64,000 bases of DNA from an uncultured Ignavibacteria bacterium (GTDB lineage Bacteria; Bacteroidota; Ignavibacteria; Tepidaquicellales; OLB5). The notes under the pieces are model-generated. The model had not been told where the DNA came from. It saw only the letters and a program-made list of their open reading frames with translations, and searched no databases. The stretch lies in assembly GCA_947084945.1 (NCBI GenBank), contig CAMTUP010000011.1, positions 22,945 to 86,944 on the forward strand, read 5' to 3'. A program made the translations under genes and the position numbers. Below are positions 19,572 through 28,661 of this stretch, piece by piece (within the stretch, counting starts at the first letter, position 1; every line of letters starts with the position of its first letter).

Positions 19572-20534
19572 ATGAATTTTTCAATTGGGTTTGATAAGAG
19601 AGATTTGCCGAAGATGCATGAAGCATTCGATAAGATCGTTGCTTCAAATAAATGGACAGAGGGCTATTACACCGAGTTGTTTGAAAACAAATGGGCTGAG
19701 ATGAATAAACTCGGTTCCGTTGCCTTTTCAAGCTGGGCAGGCGCTGCGCTTGCAGTTCTTGATTTCTACAAGCTAAAGGGTAAAACGGTGCTTTGTCCTT
19801 CAAATACATTTATGGCTACTCCACTTGCAACACTGCAATCAGGAGCAGAGGTACAGTTTGTTGATTGCAATAAGTTTGATCTGTGTATGAGCTTTGATGA
19901 TATGAAAGCAAAGGCAGAAAAATTTAAACCTGCTGCAATATGGGTAGTACATATAGGGGGACACTTAGCTTTTGAAATAGAAAAAATCGCCAATTACTGC
20001 AAAGAAAATAATATCATCCTGCTTGAAGATTGCGCTCATGCGGCGGGTGCCTCGTGGAACGGTAAAAACCCCGGTGAGTGGGGCGATGCGGGATTTTATT
20101 CTTTCTATGCCACAAAGACTATCACAACCGGAGAGGGCGGGATGCTTGTATCAAAACATAAGGATATAATTGAACATGCGAAGAAATTCCGCAATTATGG
20201 CAAGTTTGATTATGTTGTCCGCGGGTTAAATTACAGGATAACGGAATTTCAGGCAGCAATAGGCGCAATAGAAACAGATAGATTGAAAGATATTGTTGAT
20301 TTCAAAAATGATTATGCATTAAATCTTGATACGCAATATTATAACCGTTTAAAAATACCAGATGGAATGATATCAGGATATTACAAGTATATAGTGTTTG
20401 ATCCAATTGAAAAATCAACAGGCAAAGTTTATGATGAGCAGTGCCACCGCATTTTAAAACATGAAGTTGAGCTTCCAAACAGTGATTGGGTTGCAGGCAA
20501 TCATTGGTGTGTGCCTATTTATTATAATCCGTGA
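19572..20534 (+). CDS. DegT/DnrJ/EryC1/StrS family PLP sugar aminotransferase (compact, 320 aa)
   Basis: VHIGG, LLEDCAHA, FYSFYATK (PLP Lys), TTGEGGM, GLNYR.TEFQAAIG. Confidence 0.92.
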   Translation: MNFSIGFDKRDLPKMHEAFDKIVASNKWTEGYYTELFENKWAEMNKLGSVAFSSWAGAALAVLDFYKLKGKTVLCPSNTFMATPLATLQSGAEVQFVDCNKFDLCMSFDDMKAKAEKFKPAAIWVVHIGGHLAFEIEKIANYCKENNIILLEDCAHAAGASWNGKNPGEWGDAGFYSFYATKTITTGEGGMLVSKHKDIIEHAKKFRNYGKFDYVVRGLNYRITEFQAAIGAIETDRLKDIVDFKNDYALNLDTQYYNRLKIPDGMISGYYKYIVFDPIEKSTGKVYDEQCHRILKHEVELPNSDWVAGNHWCVPIYYNP

Positions 20535-20539
20535 AGAAA

Positions 20540-20632
20540 AAAATCCCCATCTATGAAATATGGTGGAGTTTAATATTGTTTAATTATAGTCATTGTGTAA
20601 TTGAAACTGGTCTTCCCCCTTTACAAGGGGGA
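20540..20632 (+). repeat. AAAATCCCCA...TCCCCCTTTACAAGGGGGA element, copy 2
   Basis: Palindrome at 20614-20632, immediately upstream of the ATG at 20642. Confidence 0.7.
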
Positions 20633-20641
20633 CTTTAAAAT

Positions 20642-21691
20642 ATGAGTTTTAGCCAATATTACGATTACGTTCCTTCAAATATAGATATGAAGGGAGAGTA
20701 TTACAGAGGTGAGCCGAATAAAATTCCGGGTGGATTCCTGTTTCTGTATCTTGGGTTATCATTGGTGCTGTGTTATTTATATCATAAAAAAATTGTTGTA
20801 CCATTTGACTGGAATGCCCCAAACAGCATAAATGCCGTTGCATCATTTGAAACTGCAAAGCCTTATCAGTTCAGACTTCTTATGCCAATCATATTTGATT
20901 TCTTTAAACCCATTGCAATGCTTTACGGCAAATATCTTTACAGTGCTTATAATGTAGTTATAGTGCTTATGGTTCAAGTTGTGTATTACAAACTGCTTTG
21001 CAGGTATTTCAGTAATAAAAAGCTTATGTTGTGGATAGCTCCGGTGATACTTTACCCAATATTATGGAATTATGTAATACTGAACCAGTCTTTCCAGTAT
21101 TATGATTTTACAGCAATATTACTTACGATATTTGGGCTGTATTTTATTACCCGTGAAAACTTTAAGGGACTGTTGATAATATTTATAATTGGTGTAATAA
21201 ATAAAGAAACAATTGGATACCTGATATTTTCATACCTGCTTTATAATTACAAAATAATTTTCACAAAGAAAATAATATTTAACACAATAATACTTGGAGT
21301 AATATTTGTTGGTGTAAAATTATTGTTAAACTATATTTTCCGCAATAACCCAGGTGCAACGTTTGAAATTGGTTATTATGAAAACATTAGAATAGTATCA
21401 GAGCTTTTTGGCAATAAAGTAATGTTGAAAAATCTTGCGCTTAATTTTGGAGGGCTTTACATTTTTGCATTACTGTTATTCATAACAGGGGCGTGGCTTA
21501 AATATCATGATAGAAGACTTGTATATGTAAACTTAGCGATTGTTCCATATTATATTTTTGGGATATATATTACTTATATTACAGAAGTGCGGGTTTATAC
21601 GGAACTTATACCTATGATAACTACTTTATTTTTAATATATTTAAGTAATATTAAACGGCTTGGCTTTAATTTCACGGGCAAAACGGAGTAA
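20642..21691 (+). CDS. Polytopic membrane protein, putative GT-C-like glycosyltransferase (paralog of 22554)
   Basis: About 9-10 TM segments; AKPYQFRLLMP loop, YPILWN, NKETIGYL, NFGGL and EVRVY shared with 22554. Confidence 0.5.
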   Translation: MSFSQYYDYVPSNIDMKGEYYRGEPNKIPGGFLFLYLGLSLVLCYLYHKKIVVPFDWNAPNSINAVASFETAKPYQFRLLMPIIFDFFKPIAMLYGKYLYSAYNVVIVLMVQVVYYKLLCRYFSNKKLMLWIAPVILYPILWNYVILNQSFQYYDFTAILLTIFGLYFITRENFKGLLIIFIIGVINKETIGYLIFSYLLYNYKIIFTKKIIFNTIILGVIFVGVKLLLNYIFRNNPGATFEIGYYENIRIVSELFGNKVMLKNLALNFGGLYIFALLLFITGAWLKYHDRRLVYVNLAIVPYYIFGIYITYITEVRVYTELIPMITTLFLIYLSNIKRLGFNFTGKTE

Positions 21692-21696
21692 TTTTA

Positions 21697-22467
21697 TTGC
21701 AGCAAACCGAACAAAAAAAAGAAAATAAAACAGTTAATACTTCCGTTGATAAAAATACCCGTAATTTATCAATAGAGGATAAGCAGGTAAGCTTTGATGA
21801 TTATGTTGAGACTTATAAAGCCGAGATAGATGATTCCATTGGTTTTATAGGGCAGGATGTTGATTTCTTCATTGATATAAAAGCAGAACTTTTGCTTAAG
21901 ATTGCCGAAAAGAATTTTAGTTCACTTGATAAAATAAAGGTATTGGATATTGGCAGCGGTGTAGGTCTTGTTGATAGATTCCTAAAAGCAAAGATCAAAA
22001 ATCTTTTTGGCGTAGATATTGAAGAAGGTGTTGTAGAAAAAGCAAAAATAAATAATCCGGAAGTAAACTACAGGATATATGATGGTCAAAAACTTCCGTT
22101 TGAGGATAATACATTTGATGTTTGCTTTGCAATCAACGTAATGCACCACGTACCGCCTGAATTATGGGAAAACTTTGCATCCGAAATGCAAAGAGTGCTA
22201 AAGCCGGGTGGTATTGCTGCTGTGTTTGAGCATAATCCGCTGAACCCGCTTACAAGACTTGCGGTTAAAAGGTGTGAGTTTGACAGGGATGCAGTGCTGT
22301 TAAATCACGGTAAAATAAAAAGTCTTTTTAAGGGAGCAAAATTAAACATAGTTGATGATGCCTACATCGTTTTCTTTCCGTTTCAGGCAAAGCTATTCAG
22401 GAATGTAGAAAAATTGATTAAATGGCTGCCTATTGGCGCACAGCACTATGTAACAGGCAAAAAATAA
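21697..22467 (+). CDS. Class I SAM-dependent methyltransferase, TTG start
   Basis: VLDIGSGVG, GVDI, LPFEDNTFD, NVMHH, RVLKPGG. Confidence 0.92.
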   Translation: MQQTEQKKENKTVNTSVDKNTRNLSIEDKQVSFDDYVETYKAEIDDSIGFIGQDVDFFIDIKAELLLKIAEKNFSSLDKIKVLDIGSGVGLVDRFLKAKIKNLFGVDIEEGVVEKAKINNPEVNYRIYDGQKLPFEDNTFDVCFAINVMHHVPPELWENFASEMQRVLKPGGIAAVFEHNPLNPLTRLAVKRCEFDRDAVLLNHGKIKSLFKGAKLNIVDDAYIVFFPFQAKLFRNVEKLIKWLPIGAQHYVTGKK

Positions 22468-22553
22468 AAACCAGATAACCAAAAAACATAACAACATTTT
22501 TAATTTTTTTATATTGAGCAAACTAACAGATAAGAACAGGGGATAAACCAAAA

Positions 22554-23594
22554 TTGATAAAATACCTAAATAAAAAATATCCAAACGATGATTATCCTTC
22601 AATACTGATACATATATATTATTTCATGATATCTCTTACTCTGTGCTATTTATATTATCATAAGTTCATATCGCGGGCAGATTTTTTTTCACCTACATCA
22701 AGCGGAGCAATATATGCTGTGCTTGATGGCGAAGCAGTAAAACCGATACAGTTCAGGATACTTATACCATTTGTATTTAAAGCAGTGCAGGCAGTAATGT
22801 CCATCTTTCACGCCATCCCTGATAAGATACTATTCTTCCTGATAACAATAATGCTTTGTTATATGATATTGTTTTCTTTTTACATGCTGCTTGGTCAGTA
22901 TTTTAAAGGAAAGGCAATGAACTGCTGGCTATCGGCTATAATAATTTATCCTATGATATGGAATTTTGTAATTATGAACGGACAGTTCTTTTATATGGAT
23001 TTCAGCATTCTGTTAATAATTATTTTAGGGTTCTACTGTATAGTATCAGAAAAATATAACTGGCTTTTAGTAGTGTTCTTTTTGGGTGTGCTTAATCATC
23101 CTTCAGTGGGATATTTAATTGTTGTTTACCTTTTATATAATTATAATAAGCTGTTTAAGGTTAAAACGATAATCTATGCTGCAGTTATGAGCATACTATA
23201 TGTAGGAATTTATAAACTAATGGATATATACTACCCAAGTACCGAAGGTTATTTTGTGATATATAATTTACCCCGAAACTTAAGCATTTTTAGTATTCTG
23301 CCGATTCATATTATAATTAGAAATATACTTTTCAATTTTGGCGGGCTTCATTTATTTATTATCATTTTCCTGTTTTCATCCTCATGGAAAAGATACAGGG
23401 GTCCGCTATTATACGCAAATCTTATAATAATTCCATATGTTATATCGGTATTGATAAATTTTAGTATAGAAGAGATACGTAATTACATTACAATAATACC
23501 CTTTGTGCTAATACTTGCTTTGTTGTTTTTAAGCTCTTTTGAAAATTCATTCTTAAAACCGGTTGATAGATTGTTTGAGAAACAGCGGAAATGA
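22554..23594 (+). CDS. Polytopic membrane protein, putative GT-C-like glycosyltransferase (paralog of 20642)
   Basis: AVKPIQFRILIP, YPMIWN, NHPSVGYL, NFGGL and EIRNY motifs; multiple TM helices. Confidence 0.5.
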   Translation: MIKYLNKKYPNDDYPSILIHIYYFMISLTLCYLYYHKFISRADFFSPTSSGAIYAVLDGEAVKPIQFRILIPFVFKAVQAVMSIFHAIPDKILFFLITIMLCYMILFSFYMLLGQYFKGKAMNCWLSAIIIYPMIWNFVIMNGQFFYMDFSILLIIILGFYCIVSEKYNWLLVVFFLGVLNHPSVGYLIVVYLLYNYNKLFKVKTIIYAAVMSILYVGIYKLMDIYYPSTEGYFVIYNLPRNLSIFSILPIHIIIRNILFNFGGLHLFIIIFLFSSSWKRYRGPLLYANLIIIPYVISVLINFSIEEIRNYITIIPFVLILALLFLSSFENSFLKPVDRLFEKQRK

Positions 23595-23727
23595 AACATA
23601 AAAAGCAAAGCCTTGTTTTACCAAGTCATAGTAAAGCAGCTATAAGAAGCAAAAGCTGTAAATTTCAACTTTATATAAGCGAAAGTCATGCATATGTGCG
23701 TGATTTATTTAAAAAAATTAAGTATAG

Positions 23728-24819
23728 ATGAAAGTTTTATACGTAAGTTCAAATGGCGGAATACACGATTACAGGTTTTTAAAAAAACTTGTTAATGATA
23801 ATGAAGTATTGTTTCTTCATTACGCTGCGGGTGAGATAATTGATGAAATTGATAATATAGAACATTTGCAGATAATCTCAAAAAAGCCAGCATTCCGCTC
23901 AATGCCCTTAATAAGCGAGCGCGGGCATTTTAAAAAAGTACTGAAGGAATTTAAACCGGATATAATCCATACAGGCTATGTTTGGCAGGTTGGAATACTG
24001 GCTGAAAATTCAGGATTTCACCCGCACTTATCAATGCCATGGGGGTCGGATATTTTGATAGAACCAGATAAAAGTATTTTCAGAAAAAAACTTGTGAGCA
24101 TGGTTATGGAATCATGCGATCATGTGCAGTGTGATGCGGAATTTGTGAAGCAAAAGATAAAAAATGATTACGGTCTGACAGATGAAAAGATAACGGTTTT
24201 CCCCTGGGGTATTGATCTTGGTCAGTTCAAAAAGATTGATAAACAAACTGTGCGCAATGCATTGAATCTGGAGCGGGATAAATTCATAGTATTATTTAAC
24301 AGGTATTTTGAACCGGTTTATGGGGTAGAGCATTTGCTGGAAGCATACTGGAAATTTTCTGTAGGCAAAGATGATGTGATGATGCTTATGCTTTCCGATG
24401 GCTCTGGCAAGAACGAAGCTTTGAGATATATAACAGAAAAGGGACTTGACCAAAAAGTTCAGGTAATAAAAAGGATGCCGAATAAAGAACTGCCGGCTTT
24501 CCTTAATGCTGCTGATATATATGTTTCGCCTTCGCTGAGCGATGGGACATCTCTTTCACTTCTTGAAGCTATGGCTTGCGGACTTGGATTAATAGTTACC
24601 GATGTTCCTGCTATAAAAGAGTGGGTTACCCCCAATAATGGGCTGATGGTAAAAAGAGGCAGCTCAGAAGAACTTACTGGAGCTTTGGAAGAATATTATA
24701 ACAACAGGATTTTAGTAGAAACTCACGGAAAAAAGAATATTGCTATTGCAGAGGAAAAAGCTGACTGGGATAAGAATTACTTAAAGCTGAAGGAAATATA
24801 CGATAAACTGGTAAAATGA
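23728..24819 (+). CDS. Glycosyltransferase family 4 (GT-B)
   Basis: PWGSDI, FPWGIDL, NR.FEPVYG, ADIYVSPS.SDGTSLSLLEAMACG...TDVP. Confidence 0.93.
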   Translation: MKVLYVSSNGGIHDYRFLKKLVNDNEVLFLHYAAGEIIDEIDNIEHLQIISKKPAFRSMPLISERGHFKKVLKEFKPDIIHTGYVWQVGILAENSGFHPHLSMPWGSDILIEPDKSIFRKKLVSMVMESCDHVQCDAEFVKQKIKNDYGLTDEKITVFPWGIDLGQFKKIDKQTVRNALNLERDKFIVLFNRYFEPVYGVEHLLEAYWKFSVGKDDVMMLMLSDGSGKNEALRYITEKGLDQKVQVIKRMPNKELPAFLNAADIYVSPSLSDGTSLSLLEAMACGLGLIVTDVPAIKEWVTPNNGLMVKRGSSEELTGALEEYYNNRILVETHGKKNIAIAEEKADWDKNYLKLKEIYDKLVK

Positions 24820-25493
24820 AAAAGTTATTATTTCTACACGGTGCACTTGGCGTAAAAGATCAGTTTAATGAACTTACCCGAAAATTAACTGGAAATTATG
24901 AAGTACATGCATTTAATTTTACAGGACACGGCGGGAAAGATATACCCAATGAACCTTTTTCGATAGAGATGTTTGCAGGTGATATAATTTCATATTTAAA
25001 CGATAACAACTTAAATGAAATTGATGTCTTTGGTTACAGTATGGGCGGTTATGCTGCTTTATATGCTGCCTTAAATAATCCTTGTAGGATAGGAAAGATA
25101 TTTACACTTGCAACAAAGTTTGAATGGACACCCATAATTGCAGAGCGCGAAACAAAAATGCTTGATGCCGAGAAGATGGAACAAAAAGTACCAAAGTTTG
25201 CTAAAGAGCTTTCCGGCAGGCATGGTGAAGATAACTGGGTGAAGGTTCTGGAAAAAACCGCCGGGATGATGAAAGATTTGGGAGCAGGGGATGCAATGCT
25301 TTTAGAAAAAATTAAAAATGATGTATTAGTTGGTATTGGTGATAGGGATAAAATGGTAACACTTGAAGAAACAATATCAGCTTATAGAGCTTTGCAAAAC
25401 GGGAAACTAATTGTTTTGCCGGATACACCCCACCCACTGGAGATGATTGATGCCGAAAGACTTGCCGGGGAAATTAAAAGATATTTTAGTTAG
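24816..25493 (+). CDS. Alpha/beta hydrolase
   Basis: LFLHGALG, GHGG, GYSMGG nucleophile elbow, GDRD acid, TPH His; ATGA overlap with the GT4. Confidence 0.9.
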   Translation: MKKLLFLHGALGVKDQFNELTRKLTGNYEVHAFNFTGHGGKDIPNEPFSIEMFAGDIISYLNDNNLNEIDVFGYSMGGYAALYAALNNPCRIGKIFTLATKFEWTPIIAERETKMLDAEKMEQKVPKFAKELSGRHGEDNWVKVLEKTAGMMKDLGAGDAMLLEKIKNDVLVGIGDRDKMVTLEETISAYRALQNGKLIVLPDTPHPLEMIDAERLAGEIKRYFS

Positions 25494-25527
25494 GTTACTC
25501 GTGAGTTCCGAAACGTCTTAAGTTCTT

Positions 25528-26475
25528 TTAACTTGCAGCCCTCATTATTAAAAATGCATTCAGTAAAATATATACAGTAACTACAGAGTAGAAGCTCGTC
25601 ATATCCAGTTTTTTTGCTTTGGCAATATACACAGGTTTTTGAGTCTCATTCCACTTAAATGATATTACTGCCACGACCAGAATAACAAATATTGCTATAA
25701 AAGTAATATTGTGAATATTATCAAACAGTGTGTTTGATACTGTTGATGGTACAACTGATTCAATTATATATTTATTACCTACTGCTGCAAATAAACCACC
25801 AACGCACAGACCCAACCTATCGCTTGGTTTAACAAAGAAGGCAAGCAGCACAATCGAAAAAGCGACATACACACCTGTTAGCATTTTAAACAGAGTATTC
25901 CATGAATTTTGGCGCGTTATATATATATCAGCAGTTACAGAAGGATAAGTGCTCGAGCCTTTTATTACAGGGTCGCCGAATGTTGTGTTATAGGTTTGAT
26001 TGTTAACGTAAAATTCAAGCGAATCAATTTTCCAGTTACTAAGCACAAGGTTTGAATCAATACTGGAGTTTTCAGCATCGGTGATAAATGCAAGTTTTTT
26101 AGTATCATATATTGTGTGATCAATATGCAGCGTAAGTTTTTGTTTATCAAAAGGAAATGCTGATACATCCCATTCCTTAAAAACCTCTGTGTTAAATTTC
26201 ATCATGTCCCAGTTAATGCTGTTTTTTTTCATCTTTGAGTAATTGGTAAAGGATGATGATTTAGAATTAGTAATTTCCAAAGCGTCATTAAACTGCAGGC
26301 TATCATTGGAATAGTTAAACCATATCCAGAAATCAGCCGAAAAGCTTTGATCACTTATTTTAAAATCTGTAAGTGAATTAAAATAGATGCCCACCCTGCA
26401 AGTATCTTCAGCAGCAAAGATTTTTGCATTGCAGTAAAAAAACAAAAACAGAAGAATTATAATAGATCTTTTCAT
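25528..26475 (-). CDS. Prokaryotic pentameric ligand-gated ion channel (GLIC/ELIC-like)
   Basis: Signal peptide, DFWIWF, Pro-loop WDVSAFPFDKQKL, pre-M1 Arg, four TM helices, M2 DRLGLCVGGLFAAV, M2-M3 Pro. Confidence 0.82.
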   Translation of the reverse strand: MKRSIIILLFLFFYCNAKIFAAEDTCRVGIYFNSLTDFKISDQSFSADFWIWFNYSNDSLQFNDALEITNSKSSSFTNYSKMKKNSINWDMMKFNTEVFKEWDVSAFPFDKQKLTLHIDHTIYDTKKLAFITDAENSSIDSNLVLSNWKIDSLEFYVNNQTYNTTFGDPVIKGSSTYPSVTADIYITRQNSWNTLFKMLTGVYVAFSIVLLAFFVKPSDRLGLCVGGLFAAVGNKYIIESVVPSTVSNTLFDNIHNITFIAIFVILVVAVISFKWNETQKPVYIAKAKKLDMTSFYSVVTVYILLNAFLIMRAAS

Positions 26476-26634
26476 TAAGTATAATATTATTAACGATGTA
26501 ATTCAGCAAAGTTAACAAACTGAACAATTAATAGTTAGTTAAAAATTTATTAATACACTATTTTTAGAGTAATTTTTTTAATTAAACGATAAGTTGAATC
26601 AAACAATACACGGCTGCCCGGGATATGATTCTAT

Positions 26635-26718
26635 TTACGGTCGTTTAAAGCCAAGATCACCGCAGGCAAGAATGGCAGCCAACATAAGAAGTACAAGAAG
26701 ATATTTTTTCTTTTGCAT
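26635..26718 (-). CDS. Unannotated 27-aa ORF with lipoprotein signal (MQKKKYLLVLLMLAAILA-CGDLGFKRP)
   Basis: Translated by hand: ATG at 26718, TAA at 26637-35; basic n-region, hydrophobic h-region, ILAC lipobox-like site; AT-rich leader with A at -3. Confidence 0.5.
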   Translation of the reverse strand: MQKKKYLLVLLMLAAILACGDLGFKRP

Positions 26719-26864
26719 AATAATAAATATTAAAACACTTTAAATTTTTTTGATAATATCTTTTGTATTGCAAGCGGTATGAAAGGGGTGATAAATATCA
26801 TACTTCCCTCACATTTGGACTGCCCGAACTGCAAGCAGACGTTTCGTTAAGAATAGAAAAATTG

Positions 26865-28463
26865 CTATAATTCTTCAGGCGGCTGGTAAAGGTAAATCAT
26901 CCATTTATCCGTTTCCATTGCTAAGGTCATATCATTTCTTACATACTGTCTTGGCGCGGTAAGCTCTGTGAAAATTTTATTCATCATTGTATTGGGATTT
27001 TTGCGGTACATAATTATTCCCTTTGGGTTTTTCTTGATGAAAGATTTTATTTCAGTTGTTAAACCTTCTTTATCAACGGGCACGTTATAACTGCTGATGA
27101 GAATCTTTTCGGGCGGCGCAAGTTTTGTACGGTATGGTACGTAAAAAATACTTGAAGCATTATCATCGGCATCAAATATCAATGCCGGGTATTTTTGTAT
27201 GTTATTATCGATAAAATCAATAAGTTTTGTGGTCTCTTCTGGTTCATCGGCAGTTACAATGAACTCAATAACTTTTGGGAAGAGCTTGTTATATTTTTCG
27301 GGAACAAGTTGCTTAACATATGAAAAAGGAATGCACGAGAGAATAACAACTGACGCCAGCGCAGTTTTCAAAACTCCTGAGCGAAGTTTTGAAAGATCGG
27401 TATTCAATCCAGCCGCCGCTAATACAGGTGCTATGAAAAACATAAGGTACAAGTAGTGAGTTGTATGATAAATTGTAGATTTAGCTCCCGCTGCACCGTT
27501 TATCAAAGCAGGAGCCAGAATAGGTATCAGCAACGCAAAAAGAATTACTTTAGGATGCCCCTTATAAAAATATATTAAGCCTTTAATAAAATAGTAAAAG
27601 AGTATTATTGTTAAGCCAAGAGCAAGAAAATAGTAGGGAAGGAAGAAACCTTTCATTCTAAGTCCAAGGTTTAAACCCTGTATGTTTATTGATTCAGTAT
27701 ATTGATCAGCAGAACTAATTGTTTTAAAAGGTTCACCATAAACGGCATAACTTACCACAACCCAAATAAACTGGAAAAAGAGTGATAGCCCGATGTATAA
27801 ACAGCATCCTTTTTTACGGGTCATAAAAGCAAGCACACAGAAAGGAACAATGATAAAAATTGCCTCGGGTCTGGAAGCGAGTGCTATGAAAGAAAAAATC
27901 CCCGCAATAATAAAGTATGAAACACTTTTTTCAGAAGCCAGTGCTTTGATGAAATAATATATCATAATGCACGCAGCCGCAAGGTATGTTTGCTGTGCAT
28001 ATGGTTCAAAATTAAGGCGGAATATTACTGGATTAAGCGTTACAATAATAAATGCAAGTAATGCTGTTTTGTAATCAGTTAAAGCAAGCGTAAGTTTAAA
28101 AACATATATACAGGCAATTGTCATAACGGCTATCATCGTCAATGCGGAAGTTAGGTAAAGCTCACCTGTAATGTTTAATATTGATCCCATGAAGTAAAAC
28201 CAAAGCGGATGCCCAGATTCAGGTAGAATAAATATGGGATTTTGCGACCACCATAAAGCATTCCAAACACGGGTTGCTGAATCTCCCATATCCATCATGT
28301 TAAACGGAATGAGATATATTTTTACTGCAATTGAAATTATCACGACGGCTGCAAATACAGAGATTTGCGCAATATTAAGTTTTTCAGGCTTTAGTGTAAA
28401 ATTGCCCATACTTATCCCGAGTACTCGGGATGGAAATAAAAAAGGTTGCTTTGTATTTGTCAT
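26865..28463 (-). CDS. GT-C fold (ArnT/PMT-like, GT39/83) membrane glycosyltransferase
   Basis: First-loop acidic MGDSATR, GHPLW, SRPE, about 11 TM helices plus a soluble C-terminal domain. Confidence 0.65.
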   Translation of the reverse strand: MTNTKQPFLFPSRVLGISMGNFTLKPEKLNIAQISVFAAVVIISIAVKIYLIPFNMMDMGDSATRVWNALWWSQNPIFILPESGHPLWFYFMGSILNITGELYLTSALTMIAVMTIACIYVFKLTLALTDYKTALLAFIIVTLNPVIFRLNFEPYAQQTYLAAACIMIYYFIKALASEKSVSYFIIAGIFSFIALASRPEAIFIIVPFCVLAFMTRKKGCCLYIGLSLFFQFIWVVVSYAVYGEPFKTISSADQYTESINIQGLNLGLRMKGFFLPYYFLALGLTIILFYYFIKGLIYFYKGHPKVILFALLIPILAPALINGAAGAKSTIYHTTHYLYLMFFIAPVLAAAGLNTDLSKLRSGVLKTALASVVILSCIPFSYVKQLVPEKYNKLFPKVIEFIVTADEPEETTKLIDFIDNNIQKYPALIFDADDNASSIFYVPYRTKLAPPEKILISSYNVPVDKEGLTTEIKSFIKKNPKGIIMYRKNPNTMMNKIFTELTAPRQYVRNDMTLAMETDKWMIYLYQPPEEL

Positions 28464-28556
28464 TAAAAATTATTTTATGGTTAATATTTTTAAATCAATT
28501 AACCCAGATGTGGCAGATAACTTTAGAAAATTTTCAGACCACACTTATTGTCGAGG

Positions 28557-28651
28557 AAAAATCCCCATCGCAAATTAACGAATCCTTCAAAATTGGGTTC
28601 AATTATTGAGCATTAAAATCCCCAAACCATCTTCCCCCTTTATAAGGGTGA
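28557..28651 (+). repeat. AAAATCCCCA...TCCCCCTTTATAAGGGTGA element, copy 3
   Basis: Palindrome at 28633-28651 with one mismatch; a second AAAATCCCCA lies inside the element. Confidence 0.65.
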
Positions 28652-28661
28652 TTTTAAAAAG

